DNA of 64,000 bases. Source: Bacteroidia bacterium. GTDB taxonomy: Bacteria > Bacteroidota > Bacteroidia > UKL13-3. Of this stretch, positions 30,623 to 39,782 are shown piece by piece; the first letter of the stretch is position 1, and every line of letters starts with the position of its first letter. The DNA lies in contig JAGPCK010000007.1 in the NCBI GenBank assembly GCA_018058135.1, forward strand, positions 1,815 to 65,814, given 5' to 3'. The notes below the pieces were generated by a model, which saw only the letters and a program-made list of their open reading frames with translations, had not been told where the DNA came from and searched no databases. The position numbers were made by a program, and so were the translations under genes.

Positions 30623-32903
30623 CACTAATTTTAATACCTTTTGGAAGATCTTAAACGCGTCTCAAATTGAGATTCCAACTATTCAACGAGATTATGCTCA
30701 TGGCAGAGATAGTGCTTCAACTATCAGGAGAAATCTTGTTGAGAAAATGATTACCAACCTAAGAACTGGCGGGAAATTAAACTTGGATTTTATTTACGGT
30801 AAATTAGTCGGCAAAGAAAACCAGATTGCTTATGCACGAAACAAAGAAAATATTTCGTCTTTATTACGTTCAATAAAAAATTATGCAAACGAATTGCAGG
30901 TACGAATAGAGACAACCATTGATAACTCAGCTCAGAATACCGAAGCAAATCTTGTTTTTATTCCTTTAGATGGGCAACAGCGTTTGACTACCTTGTATCT
31001 CTTGCATTGGTATATTATTCAACAAAGGAGTGATACAGATGCTTTGTATAAGTTGTCAAACTTTAGCTATTCAACACGTATTAGCTCAAAAGAGTTCTGT
31101 AAGTTAATTTGCTCAAAGTTATTTGATTTTAGGAATGAAGGGATATCACCATCGGAACTAATAAGTAATGATGAGGGATTTTATTCTTTCTGGAAGAAAG
31201 ATCCTACCGTGCATAGCATGTTGGTTGTTTTAGACGAGTTTCACAATGAATGCTCCAAACTAACTATTGACTATAACAGCATATGGAAAAATCTAACAAC
31301 TCTGGAGAGTATTACATTCGACTTCTTTGACCTCGATGATTTTTCTCTAACGGATGAGCTTTATATAAAGATGAATGCCAGGGGTAAAAAGCTGACAGAT
31401 TATGAGAATTTTAAAGCCTGGATAATACAGCAGTTTGACAAGAAAATTGATATTCCTGATTGGCAAAAACATCTTGACATTAAGTGGCACGATCTATTCT
31501 GGAAATCAAAGGCCTTGGAGGAATTAACAGTAGACAAGAATTACCTACAGTTTTTCAAGATCAACTATCTGTGCGAACGCCTTAATGAGCTTTATCAACA
31601 AAATCCTAAAAACAGCACTTTCAATAATACTCAAATAGAAAACCAACTAAGAGATGCTGAAGTAAATCCAATAGATATATTCCGCAATGATCCAAGCTTA
31701 TTTGACAAAATTGAAACAACATTAAACATCCTGAATAAGGTTGATTTAGATATTCTGAAGACAGCTGATGAGTCACTTTTAAAATTTACTCAGGTTTCTT
31801 TAGACAAGTTTTTGTTCGGAAGTAAAATACGTGATTACAGTTGGTGGGATATCACATTATATTATGCTATTACCCAATATCTAATAAAATCACCTAAGGA
31901 TCCACAGTATTTTAAACAATGGGCAAGATTTATTTCTAATCTAATATATAATACTCCTATTGAGACTGCAAGCCTTTTTGCTGAAGCTGCAAAAAGTATT
32001 GATCGTTTATTGGATAGGTTTAATAATAGGAATAGCGTTTATTTCGATTTGGTAAGTTTAAACGAAAAAGATGTTTTCTTTTTTTCTGGAATGCAGGTTA
32101 AAGAAGAAATACATAAAGCCGATCTTATCATAAACAAGAATATTGAGTGGGAAGATGTAATTCATCAAGCAGAAAGTCATCACTACTTCTGGGGACAGAT
32201 TGGATTCATTTTTAACTTAGAAGTCTTAAACAGTACAAACCTGGATGTGTTTAAGATCTTATTCCAAAAATTGGAGTGCATCTTTAGTGAGGAGATTATG
32301 AAAAGGGAGGATTTCTTGCTTCTTCGGGCATTGTTGAAGCAAGGAGATGTGTTTTATCGAGGAGGTTACAATATGTCCTTCCCGAGCAATTCTTCTCATG
32401 GTGCACTTCGTTTGAAAAATGATAATTGGAGAAGAATATTCAATGATGTACATCATCGATCACACCTAAAGTCCTTATTAAATTGTTTCCCGGCTCCTAC
32501 AACAGATGCAATCGCAATATTGAAGGAGCAGGTCTCTTTGGCAACTATGGTTACTGATAAAAACATGCGATTGCTCATTCAGGTGCCACGCCTACTGGAG
32601 TATTGCAAGAAACACTGTCTAAAGCAAGATAATAAAAATATTTACCTACTTAATTCCACACGAATTCTGGGCTATTATGCTGAGGTAGAAACTTATAATT
32701 GGTATCTGGCAAAGAATAGCAATGAGTATATGTACTCTTATGCCAAAGGAAATGCTGAAAGACCTGGAATAAAGTTCAAGAACGATGAAATTGATTTATT
32801 GATTAGTAAAGATGAGAAAACGGGGGAATTTAAGATTAACAACAACACTAACAGTTATCCAACTATAGATTTAGCACTTAATTCAATAAAATATGACCAG
32901 TAA
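30615..32903 (+). CDS. DUF262 domain protein with a long uncharacterised C-terminal region (no HNH/DUF1524 motif seen)
   Basis: Motifs IPTIQRDYAHGR and PLDGQQRLTTLYLLHWY. The ATG at 30615 overlaps the upstream stop (ATGCATAA). The track start 30534 is a TTG extension. The stop overlaps the hsdR ATG by 11 nt. Confidence 0.7.
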   Translation: MHNTNFNTFWKILNASQIEIPTIQRDYAHGRDSASTIRRNLVEKMITNLRTGGKLNLDFIYGKLVGKENQIAYARNKENISSLLRSIKNYANELQVRIETTIDNSAQNTEANLVFIPLDGQQRLTTLYLLHWYIIQQRSDTDALYKLSNFSYSTRISSKEFCKLICSKLFDFRNEGISPSELISNDEGFYSFWKKDPTVHSMLVVLDEFHNECSKLTIDYNSIWKNLTTLESITFDFFDLDDFSLTDELYIKMNARGKKLTDYENFKAWIIQQFDKKIDIPDWQKHLDIKWHDLFWKSKALEELTVDKNYLQFFKINYLCERLNELYQQNPKNSTFNNTQIENQLRDAEVNPIDIFRNDPSLFDKIETTLNILNKVDLDILKTADESLLKFTQVSLDKFLFGSKIRDYSWWDITLYYAITQYLIKSPKDPQYFKQWARFISNLIYNTPIETASLFAEAAKSIDRLLDRFNNRNSVYFDLVSLNEKDVFFFSGMQVKEEIHKADLIINKNIEWEDVIHQAESHHYFWGQIGFIFNLEVLNSTNLDVFKILFQKLECIFSEEIMKREDFLLLRALLKQGDVFYRGGYNMSFPSNSSHGALRLKNDNWRRIFNDVHHRSHLKSLLNCFPAPTTDAIAILKEQVSLATMVTDKNMRLLIQVPRLLEYCKKHCLKQDNKNIYLLNSTRILGYYAEVETYNWYLAKNSNEYMYSYAKGNAERPGIKFKNDEIDLLISKDEKTGEFKINNNTNSYPTIDLALNSIKYDQ

Positions 32904-35900
32904 AACCAACGAACAAGCTTTAGAGGCTGCTATAGAAAAATGCCTCACTGGTCTTTGTAAAGAGGAATTGGAATTACAAAACCAAGAATTTTCCATAGCC
33001 GCAGATAGAAAAGACCTATATCGTGCTGGCAATGGTTATTATATTGGAGTTCCCGGAGATTTTAATGCGAAGTATGCTATAGATGAACACCGTTTTTGGG
33101 ATTTTTTACAAACTACTCAAAAAGATGAACTAGCCAAATTGCAAAAACAAAGCGATTGGAAATTAAAGATTCTGGAACGATTGGATCGGATGATTAAAAA
33201 ATACGGCATTCTGCGTTCTTTTCGAAAAGGCTTAGATGTAGATGATGCTCATTTCACTTTGTTGTATCCGTTGCCATTAGCCAGCAGTAGCGAAACGGTG
33301 AAGGCAAATTTTGAAAGCAATCAATTTAGCTCTACCCGTCAGCTTCGCTATTCCCTAACCAATACAGGTGAAGAAATTGATATGGTGCTTTTTGTGAATG
33401 GTTTACCATTTGCCACTATGGAATTAAAAAATCATTGGACAGGACAGAACGCAAAAGTGCATGGTCAAAACCAATACAAATTCAAAAGAGATATTACACA
33501 GCCATTATTAAACTTTGGGCGATGCATTATACATTTTGCAGTTGATACGGATGAAGTGTATATGACAACTAAATTGAATGGGAAGGATACTTACTTTTTG
33601 CCATTTAACTTAGGTCAGCGTGAACCTTTGTTTGGCAAAGGCAATCCACCAAATCCGTTTGGTCATAAAACTGCTTATTTATGGGAAGAAATATTTTCCC
33701 GAAACAGTGTTGCCAATATCATTCAGCATTTTGTTCGCTTTGACGGTAAAGATACTGATCCACTTAGCAAAAAGACTTTGTATTTTCCACGTTACCATCA
33801 ATTAGATGTTGTGCGAAAACTCATAAACGATGCCAGTAAAAAAGGCGTTGGGCAAAAGTATTTAATTCAACATTCTGCTGGTTCAGGTAAATCTAATTCT
33901 ATTACTTGGGCGGCCTATCAACTAATAGAAACATATCCAGAAAGCGATTCAATACCCGGAAGCAAAGGCATTTCAAATCCTTTGTTTGATTCCGTGATTG
34001 TAGTAACAGATAGAAGATTGCTGGATAAGCAACTACGGGAAAACATTAAAGAATTTTCAGAAGTTAAAAATATTGTGGCGCCTGCATATACTTCTGATGA
34101 CTTAAAAAAGGCTCTGGAAACTGGTAAGAAAATAATTATTACCACTATTCAAAAATTTCCATTTATAGTAGATGGTATTGCCGATTTAAGCGATAAACGA
34201 TTTGCAGTAATTATTGACGAAGCCCACAGCAGTCAAAGCGGAACAGCCGCAGGAAAAATGAACCAAGCAATGGGCAATACTTCAGAAGAAAATGAAGAAG
34301 AAGATGAACAAGACCCACAAGATAAAATATTAGAAGCCATGCGTTCACGCAAAATGCGAGGTAATGCTTCATACCTTGCATTTACAGCTACGCCTAAGAA
34401 CAACACACTCGAACGTTTTGGCGTAAAACAAGCAGATGGAAAACACAAACCATTCCATTTATATTCTATGAAGCAAGCCATAGAAGAAGGATTTATTTTG
34501 GATGTATTGGCAAACTACACAACTTACAAAAGCTATTACGAAATTGAAAAATCGATACAAGAAAATCCTTTATTTGACACTGTAAAAGCACAAAAGAAAT
34601 TAAGAACCTATGTTGAGCAAAACAAGCAAACCATTGCTACTAAAGCTGACATAATGTTAGAGCACTTTGTAACTAAATTAGTTAACACCAAAAAGCTTAA
34701 AGGAAAGGCCAAAGCTATTGTTGCAACCCAAAGTATTGAATCCGCTATCAATTATTATTACTCCTTGAAAACATTACTTGAAGAAAGAGGCAAGCCATTT
34801 AGAATTGCTATTGCTTTTTCAGGCACAAAAAAAATAAAGGGTATCGAATACACAGAGGATAGCATCAATGATTTTCCTGCAAATTTAGATACAGCAAAAC
34901 CAACAGACCCTGGCTATATCAGCGATAAGATTGCACGTTATGTTGACATGGACGAATACCGAATTTTAGTAGTGGCAAATAAATATCTGACAGGTTATGA
35001 CCAACCAAAACTAACCGCCATGTATGTTGACAAAAAATTGCAAGGAGTAATTGCGGTTCAGGCTCTATCAAGATTAAATCGTTCATCGGACAAACTCGGA
35101 AAGAAAACAGAAGATTTATTCATACTTGATTTTTACAATACCACTGAAGACATTAAAAAATCTTTCGACCCATTTTATACAGCAACATCATTAAGCAAAG
35201 CAACTGACATCAACGTACTGCATGAATTAAAATCTAATTTGGATGATGCTGGTGTTTATGAATGGAGCGAAGTAGAAGATTTTGTGGTAAAATACTTTAG
35301 AGGTGTGAATGCTCAAGAATTAAGCCCGATAATAGACACAGCAGCCGAAAGATTCAATTTATCTTTAGCGTTAGAAGATAAAGCAAAAGCAGATTATAAA
35401 ATTAAAGCGAAACACTTCGTAAAAATATACGGACAGATGGCTTCGATTATGCCTTATGAAGTTGCAGCATGGGAAAAATTATTTTGGTTTTTGAAATTTT
35501 TAATACCCAAACTGATAATTGTCGACAATGACAAAGATGCTTTAGATGGTCTATTAAATTCAGTTGACCTTTCTACTTATGGGTTAGAACGTGTAAAATT
35601 GAATACCAGCATTGGCCTTGATGAATCAGAAACAGAAGTTGACCCACAAAATCAAAATCCAAGAGGTGCACACGGTGTTGACTCGGAAAAAGACGAACTT
35701 GATTTAATAATCAAAAGTTTCAACGAACGCTGGTTCCAAGGATGGGAAGCTACACCTGATGAACAAAGAGCCAAGTTTGTGAACCTCGCACAGAAAATGA
35801 AAGAGCATAGCGACTTCAAAGAAAAGTATGCTGACAATTCTGATTTGCAAAACAGGGAAATTGCTTTTAGTAAAATATTTGATGATGTAATGGGTAAGCA

Positions 35901-35997
35901 ACGCAAGAATGAACTTGATTTATATAGATTGGTTTCTCAAGACGAAGGATTCAAGATAGCTATGCAGGATACTATTAAAAGGTTATTGAAACATTAG
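32893..35997 (+). CDS. hsdR: Type I restriction endonuclease subunit R
   Basis: 1034 aa. N-terminal PD-(D/E)xK-like region IDMVLFVNGLPFATMELKN, Walker A HSAGSGKSNS, DEAH box VIIDEAHSSQSG, and helicase C motifs (LTGYDQPKL). Confidence 0.9.
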   Translation: MTSKTNEQALEAAIEKCLTGLCKEELELQNQEFSIAADRKDLYRAGNGYYIGVPGDFNAKYAIDEHRFWDFLQTTQKDELAKLQKQSDWKLKILERLDRMIKKYGILRSFRKGLDVDDAHFTLLYPLPLASSSETVKANFESNQFSSTRQLRYSLTNTGEEIDMVLFVNGLPFATMELKNHWTGQNAKVHGQNQYKFKRDITQPLLNFGRCIIHFAVDTDEVYMTTKLNGKDTYFLPFNLGQREPLFGKGNPPNPFGHKTAYLWEEIFSRNSVANIIQHFVRFDGKDTDPLSKKTLYFPRYHQLDVVRKLINDASKKGVGQKYLIQHSAGSGKSNSITWAAYQLIETYPESDSIPGSKGISNPLFDSVIVVTDRRLLDKQLRENIKEFSEVKNIVAPAYTSDDLKKALETGKKIIITTIQKFPFIVDGIADLSDKRFAVIIDEAHSSQSGTAAGKMNQAMGNTSEENEEEDEQDPQDKILEAMRSRKMRGNASYLAFTATPKNNTLERFGVKQADGKHKPFHLYSMKQAIEEGFILDVLANYTTYKSYYEIEKSIQENPLFDTVKAQKKLRTYVEQNKQTIATKADIMLEHFVTKLVNTKKLKGKAKAIVATQSIESAINYYYSLKTLLEERGKPFRIAIAFSGTKKIKGIEYTEDSINDFPANLDTAKPTDPGYISDKIARYVDMDEYRILVVANKYLTGYDQPKLTAMYVDKKLQGVIAVQALSRLNRSSDKLGKKTEDLFILDFYNTTEDIKKSFDPFYTATSLSKATDINVLHELKSNLDDAGVYEWSEVEDFVVKYFRGVNAQELSPIIDTAAERFNLSLALEDKAKADYKIKAKHFVKIYGQMASIMPYEVAAWEKLFWFLKFLIPKLIIVDNDKDALDGLLNSVDLSTYGLERVKLNTSIGLDESETEVDPQNQNPRGAHGVDSEKDELDLIIKSFNERWFQGWEATPDEQRAKFVNLAQKMKEHSDFKEKYADNSDLQNREIAFSKIFDDVMGKQRKNELDLYRLVSQDEGFKIAMQDTIKRLLKH

Positions 35998-36292
35998 ACC
36001 AACCAATTTATAGGCACATTTAAAAATTGAACAAGCCGACCAAAAGAAAATTTTAAAAATGCCCCTAACTTTTAACACAATATAAAAGGATTTCTCATTA
36101 GCCAGATTGGGAAGGGTGTTGAAAAATCATATGGAGTACCATTAGTCAATTGGATAATAGGACAAGTACAAAAGTACTCAACTCACTCAACTGCGCTTTC
36201 AAACGCTATTGCAACAAATGATGCAATCTTGCATGGAAGTATACCCAATGCAGTACTTGTAAGTAAGACGAATAATAAGCTGTAGAAAAAAG

Positions 36293-37090
36293 TTATGAAA
36301 TCAATGAAACAGTATTAATTGGGTCGAATATAAAATGCCCTAAACCTAATTTCCTTAGCCTTGTGTTCCATTTCTTGTCATATGTCCAATATAAAAAGTT
36401 TTTATTTTTAATGTAAACAAGATTGAACATATCCATCCAATCATTTGTACGAAATATCTCAACATTTTTTAATTCCAACTGCTTAAAAAAATAAGTCATT
36501 ACCAATATGAAAGGTTCGTATCCTTTTATCTCCTTAAACTCTTTCTTTTTTTGATACGCATTTAGCAAATGATCGGATGCCATTCTTGCGACTAATTTTC
36601 TAACCCCGGGTGTAGTATCTAATGCGTCATGTGCTTTACTACCCTTACCTATTTTTGCTCTTATTTCAGGTAAAGTGCCTGAATTAATTTCTCCCATAAT
36701 TTTATCCATAGGTTCTTTCCGTTCATTTACAGCATTTGCCATTTGGGTGAATTTTTCTTCAGGGATTGTACTTAAATCCATGCGTGCAAATATTTGTAGT
36801 GATTGCCACATTTCTTGTGTAATCTTCTTATTCCTACAAAACCAGATAGAGTGTGTTTTAATTATTATTTCAATTGGGGGGCGCAAATCGACTTTACTTG
36901 CATGTGTTACCAGAGCTAATGCTGCTCTTTGTAAACGAGGCAGATTACTTCTGTCGGATAGATATGGGCTTCTGCCCAATTCTGCAATACTGTTGTAGGT
37001 TGCAACAAGGTATAGTCCCTTTATAGCTTCTTCAGAAATAATCCCATCTCCTATATTATACCAAATATTAGTGTCGCAAATAATTTTCAT
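36293..37090 (-). CDS. Orphan PIN-like domain protein (predicted nuclease), function unknown
   Basis: 265 aa. The N-terminus MKIICDTNIWYNIG has the first acidic residue of a PIN fold. The C-terminal RTNDWMDMFNLVY carries late acidic residues. No adjacent antitoxin-sized ORF is present. Confidence 0.4.
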   Translation of the reverse strand: MKIICDTNIWYNIGDGIISEEAIKGLYLVATYNSIAELGRSPYLSDRSNLPRLQRAALALVTHASKVDLRPPIEIIIKTHSIWFCRNKKITQEMWQSLQIFARMDLSTIPEEKFTQMANAVNERKEPMDKIMGEINSGTLPEIRAKIGKGSKAHDALDTTPGVRKLVARMASDHLLNAYQKKKEFKEIKGYEPFILVMTYFFKQLELKNVEIFRTNDWMDMFNLVYIKNKNFLYWTYDKKWNTRLRKLGLGHFIFDPINTVSLIS

Positions 37091-37178
37091 AGTCTTATTT
37101 TATGCATATTCCCAAATTTAGTTCTTTTTTTATCTGATTTTGTGGGGGAGAGAGGTCAATTAGTAGACAAATTTAATT

Positions 37179-37217
37179 TTTAGGGTTTTCCCTATACTAA
37201 TTTAGGGTTTTCCCTAT
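37179..37217. promoter_or_regulatory. Two copies of a 17-bp direct repeat TTTAGGGTTTTCCCTAT (22-bp phasing); candidate operator
   Basis: The copies are at 37179-37195 and 37201-37217, in the divergent intergenic region between the PIN-like gene and the T9SS gene. They lie just upstream of a TACCTTTG -7 box. Confidence 0.45.
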
Positions 37218-37240
37218 TCCATATCCGAAATAAAATACAA

Positions 37241-37248
37241 TACCTTTG
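37241..37248 (+). promoter_or_regulatory. Bacteroidota -7 promoter box (TACCTTTG)
   Basis: The octamer is identical to the one upstream of tRNA-Gln and matches the TAnnTTTG consensus. It would give a ~230-nt leader before the ATG at 37487. Confidence 0.4.
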
Positions 37249-37310
37249 AGTAGAAAATTAGAATAAACAATATTATAGCGTTTATAAAGAAATTTCTCTT
37301 TCGATAAAAC

Positions 37311-37441
37311 CGCGAATTTTAAGAACAGGAGGAATGGCTTTGGGAAACACCTCGAAAGAGGCGTACCCCTTGAGTTCAGCTTGTTCAGGGTGCTTCGCGG
37401 TACCTTTCGAAGGTTGTTTGCAGTAGGGATACGCCTTTTTT
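37311..37441 (+). promoter_or_regulatory. Structured 5' leader with a terminator-like hairpin (possible attenuator, riboswitch-like element or sRNA)
   Basis: Helix GGCGTA-CCCT (37360-37370) pairs with AGGG-TACGCC (37425-37435) and is followed by TTTTTT. An internal hairpin is ACCTT-TCG-AAGGT. CCTC-GAAA-GAGG forms a GNRA hairpin. CGCGAA (37311-16) can pair with TTCGCG (37394-99), which crosses the terminator helix. Confidence 0.35.
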
Positions 37442-37486
37442 GTTTACGATTTATTCCGTAACTTGCTTAATACTAATCTGCTTATA

Positions 37487-39472
37487 ATGACTAGATTCTT
37501 TTCTGCCATCTTGTTCTTATTAATAACTCTTCTTGGAAGTGCACAGGACTACAAACGCACAAACATTTGGTATTTTGGTAAAGATAATGGCCTTAGCTTT
37601 ACGAATAACCCGCCTACATACCTTAATGATGGAATAATAGACTCTTACGAAAGTCAAGCAAGCATATCCGATACAAATGGCAATCTGTTATTTTATATGG
37701 ATAACACAAAGGTAAGAAACAAAATACACGCTATCATGGAAAATGGAAGTGGTATTTTTGTAGATCAGTCCTGTACACAAGGTAGTATAATTGTACCCCA
37801 ACCTGAGAACGATTCAATATACTACATCTTTACCACTGTTAGAGCAGGTGGATTCTATTATTCAGTCGTTAACACAAATGCGAATAATTTTAGTGGAAAG
37901 GTAATCTCCAAAAACAATCTTTTATTAACTCCAGTATCAGAAAAATTAACTGCGGTTAAACACAATAATGGAATAGACTATTGGATAACAGTACATGGTG
38001 CAAACAGCAATCATTTCTATACCTTTCTTTTGAGTCGTAATGGAGTAGTAAGTTGTCCTATTATTTCAGCAATAGGGACAAGTTACACTAGTAGTAACTT
38101 AGCAGGTGCAATGAAATTTTCTCATAATGGTAAACATTTAGCAGTATCAACTTTCATTGGAGACAAAGTTGAATTTTTTAGTTTCAATGCTAGAAATGGA
38201 ATAATATCAAACAAGAAAAACATAGACAGTTTGTATGTACCATATGGGATAGAGTTTTCCCCAAATGATAAATTTTTATATGTTTTTGAAGCAGATAGAA
38301 GACTATTTCAATATTCTATTGAAGAGAGTAATGTAATAACTCAAAGCAGGCACTTAGTCTATGATTTTTCGACATACATTCTAAATGATATTCAGGGCTT
38401 ACAGATTGCTTTAGATGGCAAAATATACATTGCAATGCCTAATAATGATTCACTATCTATTATTCATTACCCAGACTCACCGTTAGTAAAATGTGGATTT
38501 GAGTTTAATGGATTAAGTCTGAATAATAACCAATCCCAATATGGCCTGCCTAATTTTGTTTCTTCATACTTCGGTCAACAAAAGCCCGACTTTCAATACC
38601 GCATAAACTGCGTTGGGAACATTGGCACTTTTACCCCTCATAATGTCCCCGGAGTGCAAAAATGGAATATTAAAAAAATAGGTGCTACAGTTGGTAGCAC
38701 TTACACCAATGCCACTGCACAGCATACCTTTAATGATTCGGGAGAATATTCTGTAACACTTTACACAACAAACAACGATACCATAATTAAAACCGTCTAC
38801 ATTGACGCACCTATTCTTCCACTAGCTGACACTTTAGGTTGTGGCGTTGATAGTGTTGTGTTAAACGTTCCTTCATCGTATCGCTGTTTGCAATGGAGTG
38901 ATACCTCTGCACAATTCTATTCTCGTACAATCATAAAAAACGGTCATTATACAATACAAGGATATAATTCACAAGGATGTCTTATAACCGATAGCATAAG
39001 AATCAATTTTACACCTTCACCTTTACAGCCTACCATCACTAAAGTTAATGACAGCTTGAAAAGTACACCATCGTTTGCATACCGGTGGTTCTTAAATGAT
39101 ACCGCAATTACAGGAGCAAGTTCTCAAAGCATTAAACCTCTTGTTGCGGGTATGTATAAAGTACTCATTACCGACAGCAACGGGTGCTCTAATGTAAGTA
39201 CTGCGTATTCATCCAATGTTGGAGAACAGGAACTAAACAAAACATCAATAAAGATTTACCCCAACCCTGCTTTTGAAAACATAATTATTGAGTCTGATGC
39301 TGAAATAGAATCAATAATAATACATGATGCAATAGGTCGCTCTAACTATGAGCAATTTCAAACACAAAAGGCTACCATAAAAATTCCCTGTAACTCATTT
39401 GCAAAAGGCATCTATTTTATACAAGTAAAAACCAACAACAATACCTACTGTCGAAAAATAATTGCTCAATGA
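37487..39472 (+). CDS. T9SS-secreted surface protein, paralog 1
   Basis: Signal peptide MTRFFSAILFLLITLLGSAQ. The N-terminal motif is DYKRTNIWYFG..GLSF. The C-terminal Por tail is KIYPNPAFENIII...GIYFIQVKT. The first ATG is at 37487. Confidence 0.75.
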   Translation: MTRFFSAILFLLITLLGSAQDYKRTNIWYFGKDNGLSFTNNPPTYLNDGIIDSYESQASISDTNGNLLFYMDNTKVRNKIHAIMENGSGIFVDQSCTQGSIIVPQPENDSIYYIFTTVRAGGFYYSVVNTNANNFSGKVISKNNLLLTPVSEKLTAVKHNNGIDYWITVHGANSNHFYTFLLSRNGVVSCPIISAIGTSYTSSNLAGAMKFSHNGKHLAVSTFIGDKVEFFSFNARNGIISNKKNIDSLYVPYGIEFSPNDKFLYVFEADRRLFQYSIEESNVITQSRHLVYDFSTYILNDIQGLQIALDGKIYIAMPNNDSLSIIHYPDSPLVKCGFEFNGLSLNNNQSQYGLPNFVSSYFGQQKPDFQYRINCVGNIGTFTPHNVPGVQKWNIKKIGATVGSTYTNATAQHTFNDSGEYSVTLYTTNNDTIIKTVYIDAPILPLADTLGCGVDSVVLNVPSSYRCLQWSDTSAQFYSRTIIKNGHYTIQGYNSQGCLITDSIRINFTPSPLQPTITKVNDSLKSTPSFAYRWFLNDTAITGASSQSIKPLVAGMYKVLITDSNGCSNVSTAYSSNVGEQELNKTSIKIYPNPAFENIIIESDAEIESIIIHDAIGRSNYEQFQTQKATIKIPCNSFAKGIYFIQVKTNNNTYCRKIIAQ

Positions 39473-39699
39473 ATACCCTGAAAAAACTCTTCCAAAGTGA
39501 GTTGATGAATTTCAAGTATCTTATAAAGATATTCCAGCGAGATGTTGCGCCCTTTTTCTATACTCCAATAGTATTTACGGTCAAGATCATATTGAACAGC
39601 AAAGTTTTCATAGGAGGTGAACCCCGCACCAATTCTCAACTGCTTGATTTTTGCAGCAATAGCAGCATTCCGAAGAGAAGCTTCTGGAGTAGTTTTCAT
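39466..39699 (-). CDS. XRE-family helix-turn-helix transcriptional regulator
   Basis: 77 aa from the first ATG (MKTTPEASLRNAAIAAKIKQLRIGAGFTSYENFA...). The track start 39723 is a TTG. The 3' end overlaps the convergent T9SS gene by 7 nt. Confidence 0.65.
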   Translation of the reverse strand: MKTTPEASLRNAAIAAKIKQLRIGAGFTSYENFAVQYDLDRKYYWSIEKGRNISLEYLYKILEIHQLTLEEFFQGIH

Positions 39700-39782
39700 G
39701 GGCGAAAATTGACGTACTCGCAAAAAATAAATTACGGCATATATGCCTCATTTATTAGAAATTCATATATTTGTATACTGCC

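Noticed and set aside
36145-36288. 47-codon open frame (VNWIIGQVQKYSTHSTALSNAIATNDAILHGSIPNAVLVSKTNNKL*) after hsdR
   Set aside because: It has no start codon and no recognisable motif. It may be a gene remnant, but I cannot support it.
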